A stretch of DNA of 64,000 nt, taken from Candidatus Marinacidobacterales bacterium (GTDB lineage Bacteria > Acidobacteriota > Vicinamibacteria > Marinacidobacterales > SMYC01). The stretch's first letter is position 1, and every line of letters starts with the position of its first letter. Of the stretch, positions 9,060 through 19,256 are shown in pieces. The stretch lies in assembly GCA_965224085.1 (NCBI GenBank), contig CBDCYI010000005.1, positions 1,536,001-1,600,000 on the forward strand, written 5' to 3'. A program made the translations under genes and the position numbers. Under the pieces are notes generated by a model. That model ran no database searches. It worked only from the letters and a program-made list of their open reading frames with translations, and was not told where the DNA came from.

Positions 9060-11288
9060 TCACGCCCGCGCTTCGACGGGTGCTCCGTCGTCACGCGCCG
9101 CAGTGACTTCTCCGATGTCGGTCAAGTTAGAGAGCCTGGCAAAAGCTGCGCCGACCCGGTCAGCTGGCAGGCCGAATAAAAGCCCTCCCGAAGTCTGGGG
9201 GTCGAACAGAAGCTCGAGCCGCGGGTCTTTCTGCGCGTCCGGACGGATGATGATGCCCTTTTTGGCCTTCTCGTTTTCCGGATGGAAGGTGCTGCGGAAC
9301 CCCTGGGCCAAGAGCTCGACGGTGCCGGGGAGCGCGGGGAGTTGCGAAACGTCGAGCACTGCGCTGACGCCGCTCGCGCGCAACATCTCGGCGAGATGCC
9401 CCATGAGCCCGAAGCCGGTGATGTCGGTGACCGCTTTCGCACCGAGCTCGACCGCGATCCGCGCGGCTTCGGCGTTGCTCGAGAGCATCGTATCGATCGT
9501 CGCTTGGAGCCAGGGTCCCGAGACACGACCTTGCATATCGGCGTGGAGCAAGACGCCTGTCCCGAGGCTCTTGGTGAGCAAGAGGCGGTTGCCCACCTCC
9601 AAACCATCGATAGCGAGAAGGTGCTCACCGGCGTAGCCGTCGACGGTGAAGCCGACGATGAGCTCCGTCGCCGTCGTCGTGTGGCCGCCTAGTAGCGTAA
9701 TGCCTTCCGGATCGAAAACAGCGCGCGCGCCCGCAAGGACTTGATAGAGAATGTCCTCCGCTTGATCGGGCGGCGCATCCTTGGGGATGGCGACGATGGC
9801 GAGCGCGTAGCGAGGCTTAGCCCCAGTGGCGTAGAGATCCGAGACCGAGTTGATAGCCGCGACGCGTCCGACGAGGTACGGGTCGTCGAAAAACGCACGG
9901 AAGGCATCGACGCTCGAGACGATGACATCGCCTTTGGGGGTCTCGTAGGCCGCAGCGTCGTCCGGCTCTTCGAGTCCGAGCTTCACCGTCTTGTCCGGGC
10001 GCCGTTGGTCGAGCCGGCCGAGCGCGCGCTCGAGAACACTCTGGCCGACTTTCGCCGCGCAGCCGCCGCAGAGCATCTCCATCTCTTTCGACATGTCCGG
10101 AAGCTTTTCGAACGCGTCGGTCATGGCCCCTTCACGATTCAAGACCTGGAAGCGTGTCATGAAGCGGCGGTCGATCCAGTCCTTGAGATCCATCACCCAC
10201 TTGCCTTCGAACGAGCGTCCCCATTTCGCGCCGAGTGCTCTGCCGTCGCCGAGATTCAACAGCGTGAGGAAATCTCCCTGCGGCCGATAAGCTTTGACCG
10301 GCCGCCCTGCGATCCGCGCGCGAAGGTTGTCGATGAGATAGGGTCCCTGTCGCACCGCGTAGACGCCCGCTTTCGGCGTTTTCGGGTAATCGTTCATCGT
10401 GGCGCAATCGCCGACGGCAAAGAGATCGTCGTAGCCTTCGACTTGGAGCGTCGAGCGCGTGCGGATGAAACCGCGCTCTTCGACGGGAAGGTCGGAGGCG
10501 CGCGAGAATGGATGGCTCACCGCGCCGGTGACCCAGACGAGGGCGTCGTAGGGCATCGTCTCGCCGTTGTCGAAGATAACGCTCGCGGGGGTCGCCTCCG
10601 CAGCGCGGCGGTTCCCGACGATGGTGATGTGGCGCGTCTCGGCGTTTCTGTAGACGCGGTCGATGAGGCTCTGCGGGTAGCCTGCGAGCACCTGGTCGAG
10701 AGCATGTACCAGGGTCATCTGAATCGCCCGATCGTGACGCGCAGCGACGCGCTCCCAAAGCGTGAACATGAGCTCGACGCCCCCCGCTCCCCCGCCGACG
10801 ATCACGATGTGAAAAGGCGAGCCCGCCGCTCGGCTGCGAACTTTCTCGACGAGGGCGTCGGTCTGGCGGACAAGATCCACAATCGGACGCGTCGCGACGG
10901 CGTGCTCGCGAACGCCCGGTAGGTCCAACCCCGCCACGGTCGAGCCGATATCCACCGAGGCCACGTCGTAGCGGATCGGAGGACGATCCTCGAGATATAT
11001 GAGGCGTTTGTCGGCATCCAGGCGGGTCGCGGCCGAAAGTATGACGCGCGCCATCGCGCGGCGGGCGAGCGGGACGACGTCGATCTCGAGCTCTTCGGCG
11101 CGATATTGGCCGGCAACGAAACCGGGCACCATGCCGGAATAAACGGCGACGGGATGGTCGACCACGACGGTCAGGTGCGTCAAAGGTGGAGGCTTCATCG
11201 CGAAGCGGCGGATCACTTGCACATGCGAGTGGCCGCCTCCGACAAGCACTAGCTCGGTCTGCGGGTAGGTGTTTTTCTGCTTCGACAA
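9060..11288 (-). CDS. selD: pyridine nucleotide-disulfide oxidoreductase fused to selenide, water dikinase
   Basis: N-terminal LVGGGHSH, GGGAGGVE, FAVGDC; C-terminal CGGCAAK, DDAA, SDLYA, GGHT, TDITGFGL, DPQTSGGLL. Confidence 0.92.
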   Translation of the reverse strand: MSKQKNTYPQTELVLVGGGHSHVQVIRRFAMKPPPLTHLTVVVDHPVAVYSGMVPGFVAGQYRAEELEIDVVPLARRAMARVILSAATRLDADKRLIYLEDRPPIRYDVASVDIGSTVAGLDLPGVREHAVATRPIVDLVRQTDALVEKVRSRAAGSPFHIVIVGGGAGGVELMFTLWERVAARHDRAIQMTLVHALDQVLAGYPQSLIDRVYRNAETRHITIVGNRRAAEATPASVIFDNGETMPYDALVWVTGAVSHPFSRASDLPVEERGFIRTRSTLQVEGYDDLFAVGDCATMNDYPKTPKAGVYAVRQGPYLIDNLRARIAGRPVKAYRPQGDFLTLLNLGDGRALGAKWGRSFEGKWVMDLKDWIDRRFMTRFQVLNREGAMTDAFEKLPDMSKEMEMLCGGCAAKVGQSVLERALGRLDQRRPDKTVKLGLEEPDDAAAYETPKGDVIVSSVDAFRAFFDDPYLVGRVAAINSVSDLYATGAKPRYALAIVAIPKDAPPDQAEDILYQVLAGARAVFDPEGITLLGGHTTTATELIVGFTVDGYAGEHLLAIDGLEVGNRLLLTKSLGTGVLLHADMQGRVSGPWLQATIDTMLSSNAEAARIAVELGAKAVTDITGFGLMGHLAEMLRASGVSAVLDVSQLPALPGTVELLAQGFRSTFHPENEKAKKGIIIRPDAQKDPRLELLFDPQTSGGLLFGLPADRVGAAFARLSNLTDIGEVTAARDDGAPVEARA

Positions 11289-11394
11289 AACGGACTTATT
11301 GTATCGCTCTTGAACGCGACCGTCCGCATAGCGCTCGGCGCCGAGGTAAGACCCATGGCAGCGCTTCGCGAAGACTGAGCTAATCTAGGACTTA

Positions 11395-12078
11395 ATGGCC
11401 TACCCGCCAATCCCGTACGCCCAATTGGAAACGGTGTTCCTCGACGTCGGGAACACCCTCGTCTCGATGGACTATGCCTGGATTTTGGACGAGCTCGCGA
11501 AACGCGGCGTCGACGTGTCTTTCGAAACCTTGAAGCGCGCTGAAGCGGCGTCGCGGCCCGCACTATCGCGGTCTATCGCAAGTGAGGCGTCGACGGAGGA
11601 TCTCACGACGTTCGAGCTCTACTTGAAGCTGATCGTAGCGAACCTCGGCGTCGCGCCCAAGCGGAGTGCGGTTCTCGTTCGCGAGCTCGTTCCTGTCTTT
11701 CGCGGTCCGGGGCGCGAGAAGCTCTGGAGCACCGTGTTACCGGGCGTTCCCGAAGCGCTCGAAGAGCTGAAGGCACTCGGTTTGCGCCTCGTCGTCGTCA
11801 GTAATTCCGACGGCTCCGTGGAACGGATCCTCATCAACCTCGGGCTGCGCCCCTATCTCGAGCGGGTGTTCGATTCTCATATCGTCGGCTTCGAGAAGCC
11901 CGACCCGCGATTATTTCAGCACGCGCTCGAGGCGATCGGTGCGAAAGCAGAGACGACGTTGCACATCGGGGATCTCTACTCCGCGGATATCGAAGGGGGT
12001 CGCGCTGCGGGCGTTCACACGGCGCTCGTCGATCCTTTCGACGACTGGAAAGGCGTGGACTGCACACGGTTTCGCGAG
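11395..12078 (+). CDS. HAD-family hydrolase; C-terminus disrupted and reading through into an IS (to 12417)
   Basis: FLDVGNTL, VSN, KPDPRLF, HIGDLYSADIEG; sequence switches to transposase DNA near 12078. Confidence 0.8.
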
Positions 12079-13460
12079 CGATGTTGGTCGTGGGGGAATG
12101 AGCGCGGAGCAGGTTCTCCGGGCGTTGTTGGTCAAGCAGCTGAATCAGTTCACCTATCGGGAGCTGGCGTTTCACTTGGCAGACTCTCGAAGCTATCGGA
12201 CGTTTTGCCAGCTCGGCATCATAGAGCCGAGCCCGTCGAAGTCGACCCTAGCAGCAAACATCAAAGCCGTGAAGTTCGAAACGCTGGAGAAAATCAACCG
12301 AGAGTTGGTGAGTGTTGCCGAGAAGACCGCGATCGAAAAAGGAAGAAAAGTACGAGTGGACTGCACGGTAGTGGAGTCGAATATTCATTCTCCTACGGAC
12401 TCCGAGCTTCTTTATGACTGCGTCCGAGTTCTCACTCGCCTCATGTGCCGAACTCGCGAACTGCTGGGTACAGTAGTGGTCTTCGGCAATCGAACGCGTC
12501 GAGCGAAGAGACGTCGACTGGGAGTTCTAAACGCGAAGGATAAGGAACAAAGGCGTCGCGTTCTATCGAGATCTACTGAAGGTGTCGGAAGAAACCTATC
12601 GCTCCGCTCAACGCGTTGCAGACCAGTTGGACGAGTCCGGCTTGACCGAGCCGGTGAAGCGAGCGAGTGCGGAGAAGATCGCCGCGGATTTTAAGCACTT
12701 TCTCGTCCTCACCGAAAAAGTCATCAACCAAACTCGGCGTAGAGTGATTGATGAAGAGCGTGTGCCTGCGGAGGAAAAGGTCGTTTCGATCTTCGAAGAA
12801 CACACCGACATTATTCGCAAAGACCGGCGCGAGACTCTCTACGGTCACAAGGTGTGTTTGACTGGTGGCTCGTCCTCGATGATTTTGGATTGCGTGATCT
12901 TGGATGGGAATCCGTCCGATTCAACTCTCGCGGAAACCATGATCGACCGTCAAGTCGAACTCTACGAACGGGCCCCGCGCCAGGTTGCCTACGATGGCGC
13001 GTTTTCTTCAAAGGCAAACTTGGAAGCCATCAAAGGCAAGGGAGTTGAAGATGTTGCCTTTACCAAGGCTCACTTCGCGGTGACCGATATGGTCAAGAGT
13101 TCCTGGGTCTATCAACGCCTACGGCGATTTCGCTGCGGAATCGAAGGCGTCATTTCGTTCTTGAAACGAGTCTTTGGTCTCGACCGATGCACATGGCGCT
13201 CATTGCCTTCTTTCAAATCCTACGTATGGAGTTCCATCATCACCTGCAACCTGTTGGTAATGGCAAGGCACCTATTACGATAATAATGATTACTCTTACT
13301 GCGTTTATAGCCATGGATTGCTGACGATTCGCCTCTCGTTTCGTCCAAGATTTTCATTCGCTTCCGAGCCTACGAGGTGCCGGCTGAAAACGTATAATAC
13401 CCACATCTTCGATAGGCCTCTCGTACACCACAAGTTATGGTGTTTCTGGACAGGAACTAG
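12076..13460 (+). mobile_element. ISNCY/IS5-like element, 5'-truncated, frameshifted DDE transposase
   Basis: GRGGMSAEQV, RVDCTVVESNIHSPTDS (frame 1); frameshift near 12560-12580; YGHK, AYDGAF, RCGIEGVISFLKR (frame 2, to 13283); ends at ..GGACAGGAACTAG 13460; lower GC. Confidence 0.85.
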
Positions 13461-13651
13461 CTAGAGCCTGTTGCAAAACGTAACCGCTTTCACCGTTGGT
13501 TTCAATCCGCGTCCAATCGGGCAGCTGACAGATCTGTGATTTGCCGGCGCCAAACGCGCCTGGATCGATCCGCAAGAATTTTCCCAACTATTTTGTATTT
13601 GGTCGTTTTTTTCTTGACTTGTAGCCTAAGGGATGATATTTATTAGGCGTT

Positions 13652-15085
13652 ATAGGGACCGTTACCAGGCAGTCCGCCCTCTTCTACGTCAACTTCTCCA
13701 AACAGGCGTCGCTCATCAAGGATGATCTACTCGAACCCGTCGACACGCTCCTCGAGGACCCCGAGCTGATAGAACTGACGAGAGAATCGCTCGCTGGTCG
13801 TTTCCCGCTCTCACCGCGTACCGGCCGGGTGAGTATCGCGCCTGACCGCTTGCTCCGCAGCTGTGTACTCAAGCACATCAAAGGATGGTCCTTCCGAGTC
13901 CTCGAGCGGGAGATCCGTTCTAGCCTCGTGTATCGGCGCTTCACTCGCTTCGACGACGATTCGATTCCCAACTACTCCACATTCAGTCGCAACTTTTCCC
14001 TACTCGGTGATGCGTTCGTAGAGAAAATCCATGCCCGTGTGGTCGCTCAGGCTCGAGACGAAAAGGTGGCTACGGGACGCAAGTTACGCACGGATACGAC
14101 GGTAGTGGAGAGCAACATCCATTACCCCACAGATAGCTCACTGCTTGCCGATGGCATCCGGGTGCTCACCCGTAGTCTGAAGTGTATTGCAAAGGCTTGT
14201 GCTCAAGGTGCGCTCAAGGTGGTGGACCACAGCCGATCAACGAAAAACAGGCAGCTTGAGATCGACCGCGCCAGCAAGTCGTTCACCGAATCGAGCCAAG
14301 TCAAGTTCAAGCAAAGTTATCGCAAGCTCATGGGCACGGCGCGCAGCGTGGTCCGGCAAGCCGACGAGGTTATTCAGTCGCTCAAGAGCGGAAAGCTTCC
14401 GGTCGTGGGTTCGCTGGTGAGCATCATAAGCAATCAGAGCCAACTCGAACATTATCTGCCACTGTGCAAAAAGGTGTTAGCTCAGACAAAGGCCCGTGTT
14501 TTAGGGGGCCATCGTCACCATCCGGACAAGATCGTCAGCCTGTTCGAGGAGCATACGGCCGTGATCCGAAAAGGCAAAACATGGAAGCCGACCGAGTTTG
14601 GACGACTCGTGCGAATTGATGAGGTGGAGAACGGCATTGTTAGCCACTACGAAGTTGCCGCAGGCAATCCGGCGGACCAAACTCAGTGGATGCCCGCGCT
14701 GGAGCAACACAAAAAACAGTTCGCTCGTGCGCCGGAGATGGCGACCGCTGACCGCGGATTCTTTTCGGCAGACAATGAACGCAAGGCCATAGATCTCGGT
14801 GTAAAGAAAGTGGTGTTGCCGGCTCGAGGACGACCCTCGAAAAAACGAGCCAAGGTTCAAAAAAAGCGCTGGTTCCGTCGAGCCCTCAAGTGGCGCGGGG
14901 GCGTCGAGTCCCGCATCAGCACCCTCAAGCACCGCTTCGCTATGCTTCGCGCCACCTACAAGGGCGACCGAGGATTCAAGCGTTACGTCGGGTGGTGCGT
15001 TATCAGCCAAAACCTCATATCGATCGCTCGAGTCAAGCGGCGAAGAAAGGACAGCGAAAATGCCGAACCCTTCATTCCGATCCAC
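13652..15085 (+). CDS. DDE transposase (ISNCY/IS5-like); frame open from ~13640, stop lost, reads through to 15493
   Basis: RTDTTVVESNIHYPTDSSLL, TEFGR, TADRGF, RGGVESRISTLK. Confidence 0.85.
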
Positions 15086-15405
15086 GTAAACGTCGGGACC
15101 AGCTCCTACAACAGATTCAACAATATGCGCGAAGGGCGATCTTCGGCACACCCTCCGAAACCTATCGTACCTGCGGTACGCCCACTTGTCGGTGCCACGG
15201 GCCCGGGCCAAAGCATGGCCCTCACCTCTATATCAATTTTCGTGGCAAGCACGGCAAGACTACCGGCTACTATGTGCCCCAAGCCGCACACAAGCGTATC
15301 CGCGAAGGCGTCGCCGCATGGCAGAGCTTGCAGGATTGTCTGCGAGAACTCGCGGACATCAACAAGCAAAATACGCTCGACCGTGCCCGACAGGCGCGTT
15401 CCTAA
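15060..15405 (+). pseudogene. IS accessory zinc-ribbon protein (DUF6788-like), frameshift near 15085
   Basis: RTCGTPTCRCHGPGPKHGPHLY; ATG 15060 is out of frame with the body. Confidence 0.65.
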
Positions 15406-15490
15406 CAAGCAGTACAACCAACGGCCTCACTCCTGTGCTCAAACAAATGAACGCCTTGACGCTAAACGGGCTTTTGCAACAGCCTCTAGC

Positions 15491-15560
15491 TAGCAGGGTG
15501 CTGAAAAACTCATCTGCACCCTGCTGCTCGCAACGCTCCCCCGGCCCGACAGGGCCGACA
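15491..15560 (+). repeat. small hairpin element, copy 1 (MITE/REP-like)
   Basis: AGCAGGGTGC-loop-GCACCCTGCT plus GGCCC..GGGCC hairpin; 54/69 identical to the reverse complement of 18348-18416 by manual alignment. Confidence 0.7.
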
Positions 15561-15690
15561 GCGGAAAGCCGAGCGAAGAGCGAGGCGTCAAGCGCGCTCA
15601 CGAGGAGTGAGCGCGCACTGAGCACGAGAGACGCACTCGCAGTCGATCTCGCCCTCGTTCTGCGTGTAGAGTAGCGGACTATAGGAGGAA

Positions 15691-16155
15691 ATGATGCGAA
15701 ACCTTACGATAGCTGCTCTCGCCGTCGTTTTGATCGCTGGCTTTGCCGTTCTCACGGTCGAGGAGACCCGCGGCGCCACAGAGCACAAGTTCATGAACGT
15801 CCCGGGCCGTAGTGACAACAACCCTTACAGCAACGCCGTTCTCGTGGGCGACACGCTCTACCTCGCCGGGTCCATCGGCATCGACGCCGCAACCGGGGCG
15901 CCGCCGCCGAAGATCGAGGACGAAGTGCGGATCGTCATGGACGGGATGAAGGCACGGCTCGAAATGGCCGGCATGTCCATGAGCGACCTCGTGATGGTGA
16001 ACGTCCACTGCCCCGATTTATCGCTCTATGGTGCGTTCAACGACGTCTACCGCACCTATTTCGACGATCACTTCCCGGCGCGCGCATTTCTGGGCTCGGG
16101 CCCGCTCCTAGCGAACGGTCACTTCGAAGTCACGGGCATCGCGGTCAAACCATAA
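15691..16155 (+). CDS. RidA/YjgF family protein with N-terminal signal peptide
   Basis: AGGAGG RBS; PYSNAV, LYLAG, FNDVYRTYF..FPARA. Confidence 0.85.
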   Translation: MMRNLTIAALAVVLIAGFAVLTVEETRGATEHKFMNVPGRSDNNPYSNAVLVGDTLYLAGSIGIDAATGAPPPKIEDEVRIVMDGMKARLEMAGMSMSDLVMVNVHCPDLSLYGAFNDVYRTYFDDHFPARAFLGSGPLLANGHFEVTGIAVKP

Positions 16156-16371
16156 AAACGCCAAAAGGGGAGGAAGAAAACGTCGAGGAAGATTCTGAGG
16201 ATCGCGAGACTCTCGGGGGGTTGCGGCTCGAACGAGAGCGTCCACCAACGCTCCCTACTGCTTTGCGCGAGCTGAGTCAAGCTCGAGGCTGCGGTTGGTG
16301 CGTTCAGAGACACGGTTCGTCTCGCGACAGATGATAAGCCACGAGGCGGCCGACGCTATACCGCTAAACGC

Positions 16372-16400
16372 AAAAGGGGCCCGACCTTTCGGCCGAGCCC
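16372..16400 (-). terminator. intrinsic terminator of the PEP-CTERM gene
   Basis: Minus strand GGGCTCGGCC-GAAA-GGTCGGGCCC followed by CTTTT. Confidence 0.75.
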
Positions 16401-16427
16401 ATTGATTGTTGATTGGACGCGAAAACT

Positions 16428-17006
16428 TTAGCGGCGTCTCGCTCGCGCGAGCCCCACGAGTGCGGTTCCGAGAAGCAGCATCGTAGCAGGCTCCGGGACT
16501 CCCGGCCCAGGCCCCGGCCCAGGAAAAGTCGGGAACTGGTTCAGCGCGAAGAGGCCACCGCGGGCAGCCGCGACGTTGACCGTGATGATGACGTCCGTCA
16601 TCTGGCCACCGCCGGATGACACGGTGCCCATATCGACATCGGCGGTGGTCACACCCAAATTCCCGTTGGTAAAAGGCGCAAACCCGGTAATGCTAACAAA
16701 AGTAACGTTGCCTGACTCTTCCGTGAGAAACCAGTGGAAATCGCTCCAGTCGAAATCATCCATGTTGGTGATCGTTTCGGTGATGACGTAATTGCCGCCT
16801 GTGTCGACATCGAGGGTCAGCGACATCTCACCGTCCTCGTCATACGATTTCGTACCGGTGCATGTGAATCCACCTAGGGGGCAATCCGCACTAAACGATC
16901 CGATATTCCCGTTAAAGGCTGAGAAACCCGTAATGCCCGCCACCGCGGTGCCTGGCAACGCCAAAGCTAAGAGCAAGATTGCCAAATACTTATAGCTGAA
17001 TCTCAT
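16428..17006 (-). CDS. PEP-CTERM sorting-domain protein
   Basis: Signal peptide; Thr/Gly/Asp-rich body; (PG)n linker; VPEPATMLLLGTALVGLARARRR. Confidence 0.92.
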   Translation of the reverse strand: MRFSYKYLAILLLALALPGTAVAGITGFSAFNGNIGSFSADCPLGGFTCTGTKSYDEDGEMSLTLDVDTGGNYVITETITNMDDFDWSDFHWFLTEESGNVTFVSITGFAPFTNGNLGVTTADVDMGTVSSGGGQMTDVIITVNVAAARGGLFALNQFPTFPGPGPGPGVPEPATMLLLGTALVGLARARRR

Positions 17007-17115
17007 TTCGATGTCCCCTCTGACTCGCGGTCGGGGCCGCGGCCTTGATGTTTTCCCTGAAGCATGACCCCTTTTCCTTGTTCCGCACCTTTGGCAGCGG
17101 CTCGCCGTTTAGTAA

Positions 17116-17293
17116 TGCAATGACGGTACCAAACTGGTTAGTGCCTTTGTAATCAATAGCTTAAAGGAGATTCGCGTCGATACTTCGCTAGAAGACGTAA
17201 GTTTTTCCGACACCCATTCAAATGCAACTCAACGCAAACACTTTGTTTTCATCAAATTAAGAAATTAGGGGCTTTCCGTAACGAGAACCGACA
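17116..17293 (-). promoter_or_regulatory. sigma-54 promoter with IHF site and two enhancer boxes for the PEP-CTERM gene
   Basis: Minus strand TGGTAC-CGTCA-TTGCA (17116-17131); IHF consensus AATCAA-TAGC-TTA (17151-17163); CGTAA-N7-CGACA boxes at 17196-17212 and 17277-17293. Confidence 0.7.
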
Positions 17294-17296
17294 GCT

Positions 17297-18283
17297 TCAC
17301 CGGAGGACGTCGTCCTGGTAGGCGTAGAGCGCTGGAGAGCCGCCAGTATGGAGAAAAAGGACGTTTTCGTCCTCTTTCAGGAAGCCTTTTCGCGTCAGGT
17401 CGACCAGACCGGCCATCGTTTTTCCCGTATAGACTGGATCCAGCAGAATACCTTCGAGCCTCGCGAGCATCTGCACCGCTTCGGCCATCTCCGGAGTCGG
17501 CCGGGAATACCCGGGGCCGACATACTCGTCGAAGCACAAAATGGCCGTGCTTGGGATCGCTCCGCGGCCGACCCGCTCGGCAGTGGCCTCGACGAGACCG
17601 TACACGAGCTCCTCTTGGGCGTCCTTCGGCCGGCTGACGTCGATGCCGACGACAGGGATGTCGCCATAGAGGCCGGTGACGAGGCCAGCGTGCGTTCCCG
17701 AGCTTCCGCTTGCGGTGACGACGCGGTCGATCTGAAGCCCCTCCTCGAACGTTTGCGTCAGGATCTCCTGAGCGCAGGCCACGTAGCCGGTGGCGCCGAT
17801 GGGGTTGGAGCCGCCACCCGGTATGACATAGGGCTTGTGTCCCGCGGATGCGACTTCGCCAGCCACCGCCTCCATCTCCGCCGTCATGTCCGAGCCCGCC
17901 GGGACGACACGGACCGATTCCACGCCCAGCAAACGAAATAGAAAGTTATTGCCGCTCGCGTCCTCGGAATAGCTTCCCGGCACCCGCTCTTCCAGCACGA
18001 GGCGGCATTTCATCCTCTCTTTCACCGCAGCGGACAAGGTCAAACGACAATGGTTGGATTGGACGGCGCCGCAAGTAACGAGCGTGTCCGCTCCCTGGGC
18101 GAGCGCATCGGCGACGAGGAACTCGAGCTTGCGCGTCTTGTTCCCGCCGCCGGCGAGGCCGAGCAAGTCGTCGCGCTTGATATAGATGGTCGGGCCGCCG
18201 AGCTCGGCGGAAAGTCGGGGTAGTTTTTCGATCGGGGTCCGGCCATTCGTGTAGCGGCGGCGTGGGAATCGGGCAAGATTCAT
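17297..18283 (-). CDS. dcyD: D-cysteine desulfhydrase (PLP-dependent)
   Basis: KRDD..GGNKTRKLEF, QSNH, SGSSGT, LDPVYTGK, HTGG. Confidence 0.9.
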   Translation of the reverse strand: MNLARFPRRRYTNGRTPIEKLPRLSAELGGPTIYIKRDDLLGLAGGGNKTRKLEFLVADALAQGADTLVTCGAVQSNHCRLTLSAAVKERMKCRLVLEERVPGSYSEDASGNNFLFRLLGVESVRVVPAGSDMTAEMEAVAGEVASAGHKPYVIPGGGSNPIGATGYVACAQEILTQTFEEGLQIDRVVTASGSSGTHAGLVTGLYGDIPVVGIDVSRPKDAQEELVYGLVEATAERVGRGAIPSTAILCFDEYVGPGYSRPTPEMAEAVQMLARLEGILLDPVYTGKTMAGLVDLTRKGFLKEDENVLFLHTGGSPALYAYQDDVLR

Positions 18284-18291
18284 CGTTCCTC

Positions 18292-18439
18292 CTAATGCTT
18301 AATGCTCGCTCTCTCTTGAACTTGCGCCGAGCTCGCCCGGCGTGCCATCGGCCCATTCGGGCCGGGCTCGCTCCGCTCGCAGCAGGGTGCAGCTGCCTTT
18401 CGTCAGCACCCTGCTAATGCTTAATGCTCGCACTCTCTT
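18292..18439 (-). repeat. hairpin element copy 2, bracketed by 26-bp direct repeats
   Basis: CTAATGCTTAATGCTCGC(T/A)CTCTCTT at 18292-18317 and 18414-18439; AGCAGGGTGC..GCACCCTGCT at 18381-18415. Confidence 0.75.
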
Positions 18440-18486
18440 CGAGCATCGCTGAGTCGCCATCTTATCCGAATCCCGAAGCCACCTCC

Positions 18487-19203
18487 TTACTCGTAACGGA
18501 GCGCGCGTACGGGGCTCACGCTCGCGGCCCGCCGCGCCGGGATGTAGCTCGCCAGGGCGGCTACCCCGAGAAGGAACAAGGACAGGACGGCAAAGGTCGC
18601 CGGGTCATGACTCCCGACGCGAACAAGAGTGCCGTCATCCACCGCGTGGCGACCAAAGCCAAGGACACGCCTAGAGCCGCGATGTGCATCCCTTGAGCAA
18701 CGACCATGCGGCTCACGCCCGAGCGGTCCGCGCCGAGCGCCATGCGGATCCCGATCTCGCGCGTTCTCTGGCTCACGGGTCATCCTCTTGCTCGGTAAAG
18801 CTACGGCCAAGGAGTGGGGCTACGCCGAGCACTTCGAACAAAGACGCCGTCGCTGCCGCGGTGTCGATGCGGACAGACTCGCCGACTTCCGTCAAGCTCA
18901 TCGAAAAACCACCGTTCGACAGACCGACTTCCAAGAACGATTCCGCAAGCTCCCGATAGACGGTATAGGTCGCGTTGGACTGTTCGATCTGAGGGATGCC
19001 AATCCCGTGGCCGGTATGCCAAAGCCCGTAGAGCTCTTGCGGCCGCTCGAGGGGAAGCGGCGTGAGGAGCACCGCGTGCACGACGGTGAAATGGCGGTAT
19101 TGGCGCCGATCCCGAGAGCGAGGGTCAAGGCGATCGCGCTGAAACATGGGCTCCTCAGTAGTTTACGCCAGACGAGACTGAGCTGTTGGCCTATGGATAT
19201 CAT
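18487..19203 (-). pseudogene. ADOP-type (MacB/FtsX) duplicated ABC permease, internally deleted
   Basis: N-terminal LRSP.FS..LTLALGIGANTAI and C-terminal [32 protein letters not shown] within ~0.7 kb, with frameshifts. Confidence 0.85.
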
Positions 19204-19256
19204 CGAGAAAGGAAACGGGAAAAACCTCGCGAAGGTTCCGCGAAAGGCGGCTCCAA

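Larger units (their letters stand above)
13461..15489 (+). mobile_element. ISNCY/IS5-like IS with terminal inverted repeats, CTAG-flanked
   Basis: Left end CTAGAGCCTGTTGCAAAAC; right end (reverse complement) CTAGAGGCTGTTGCAAAAG; CTAGCTAG at both junctions. Confidence 0.9.

Noticed and set aside
11395-12417. 340-aa HAD with a novel C-terminal domain
   Set aside because: The extension is out-of-frame transposase DNA after the junction near 12078
12540-12600. Programmed frameshift in the first transposase
   Set aside because: No slippery heptamer seen and the element is 5'-truncated; mutation or sequencing error is more likely
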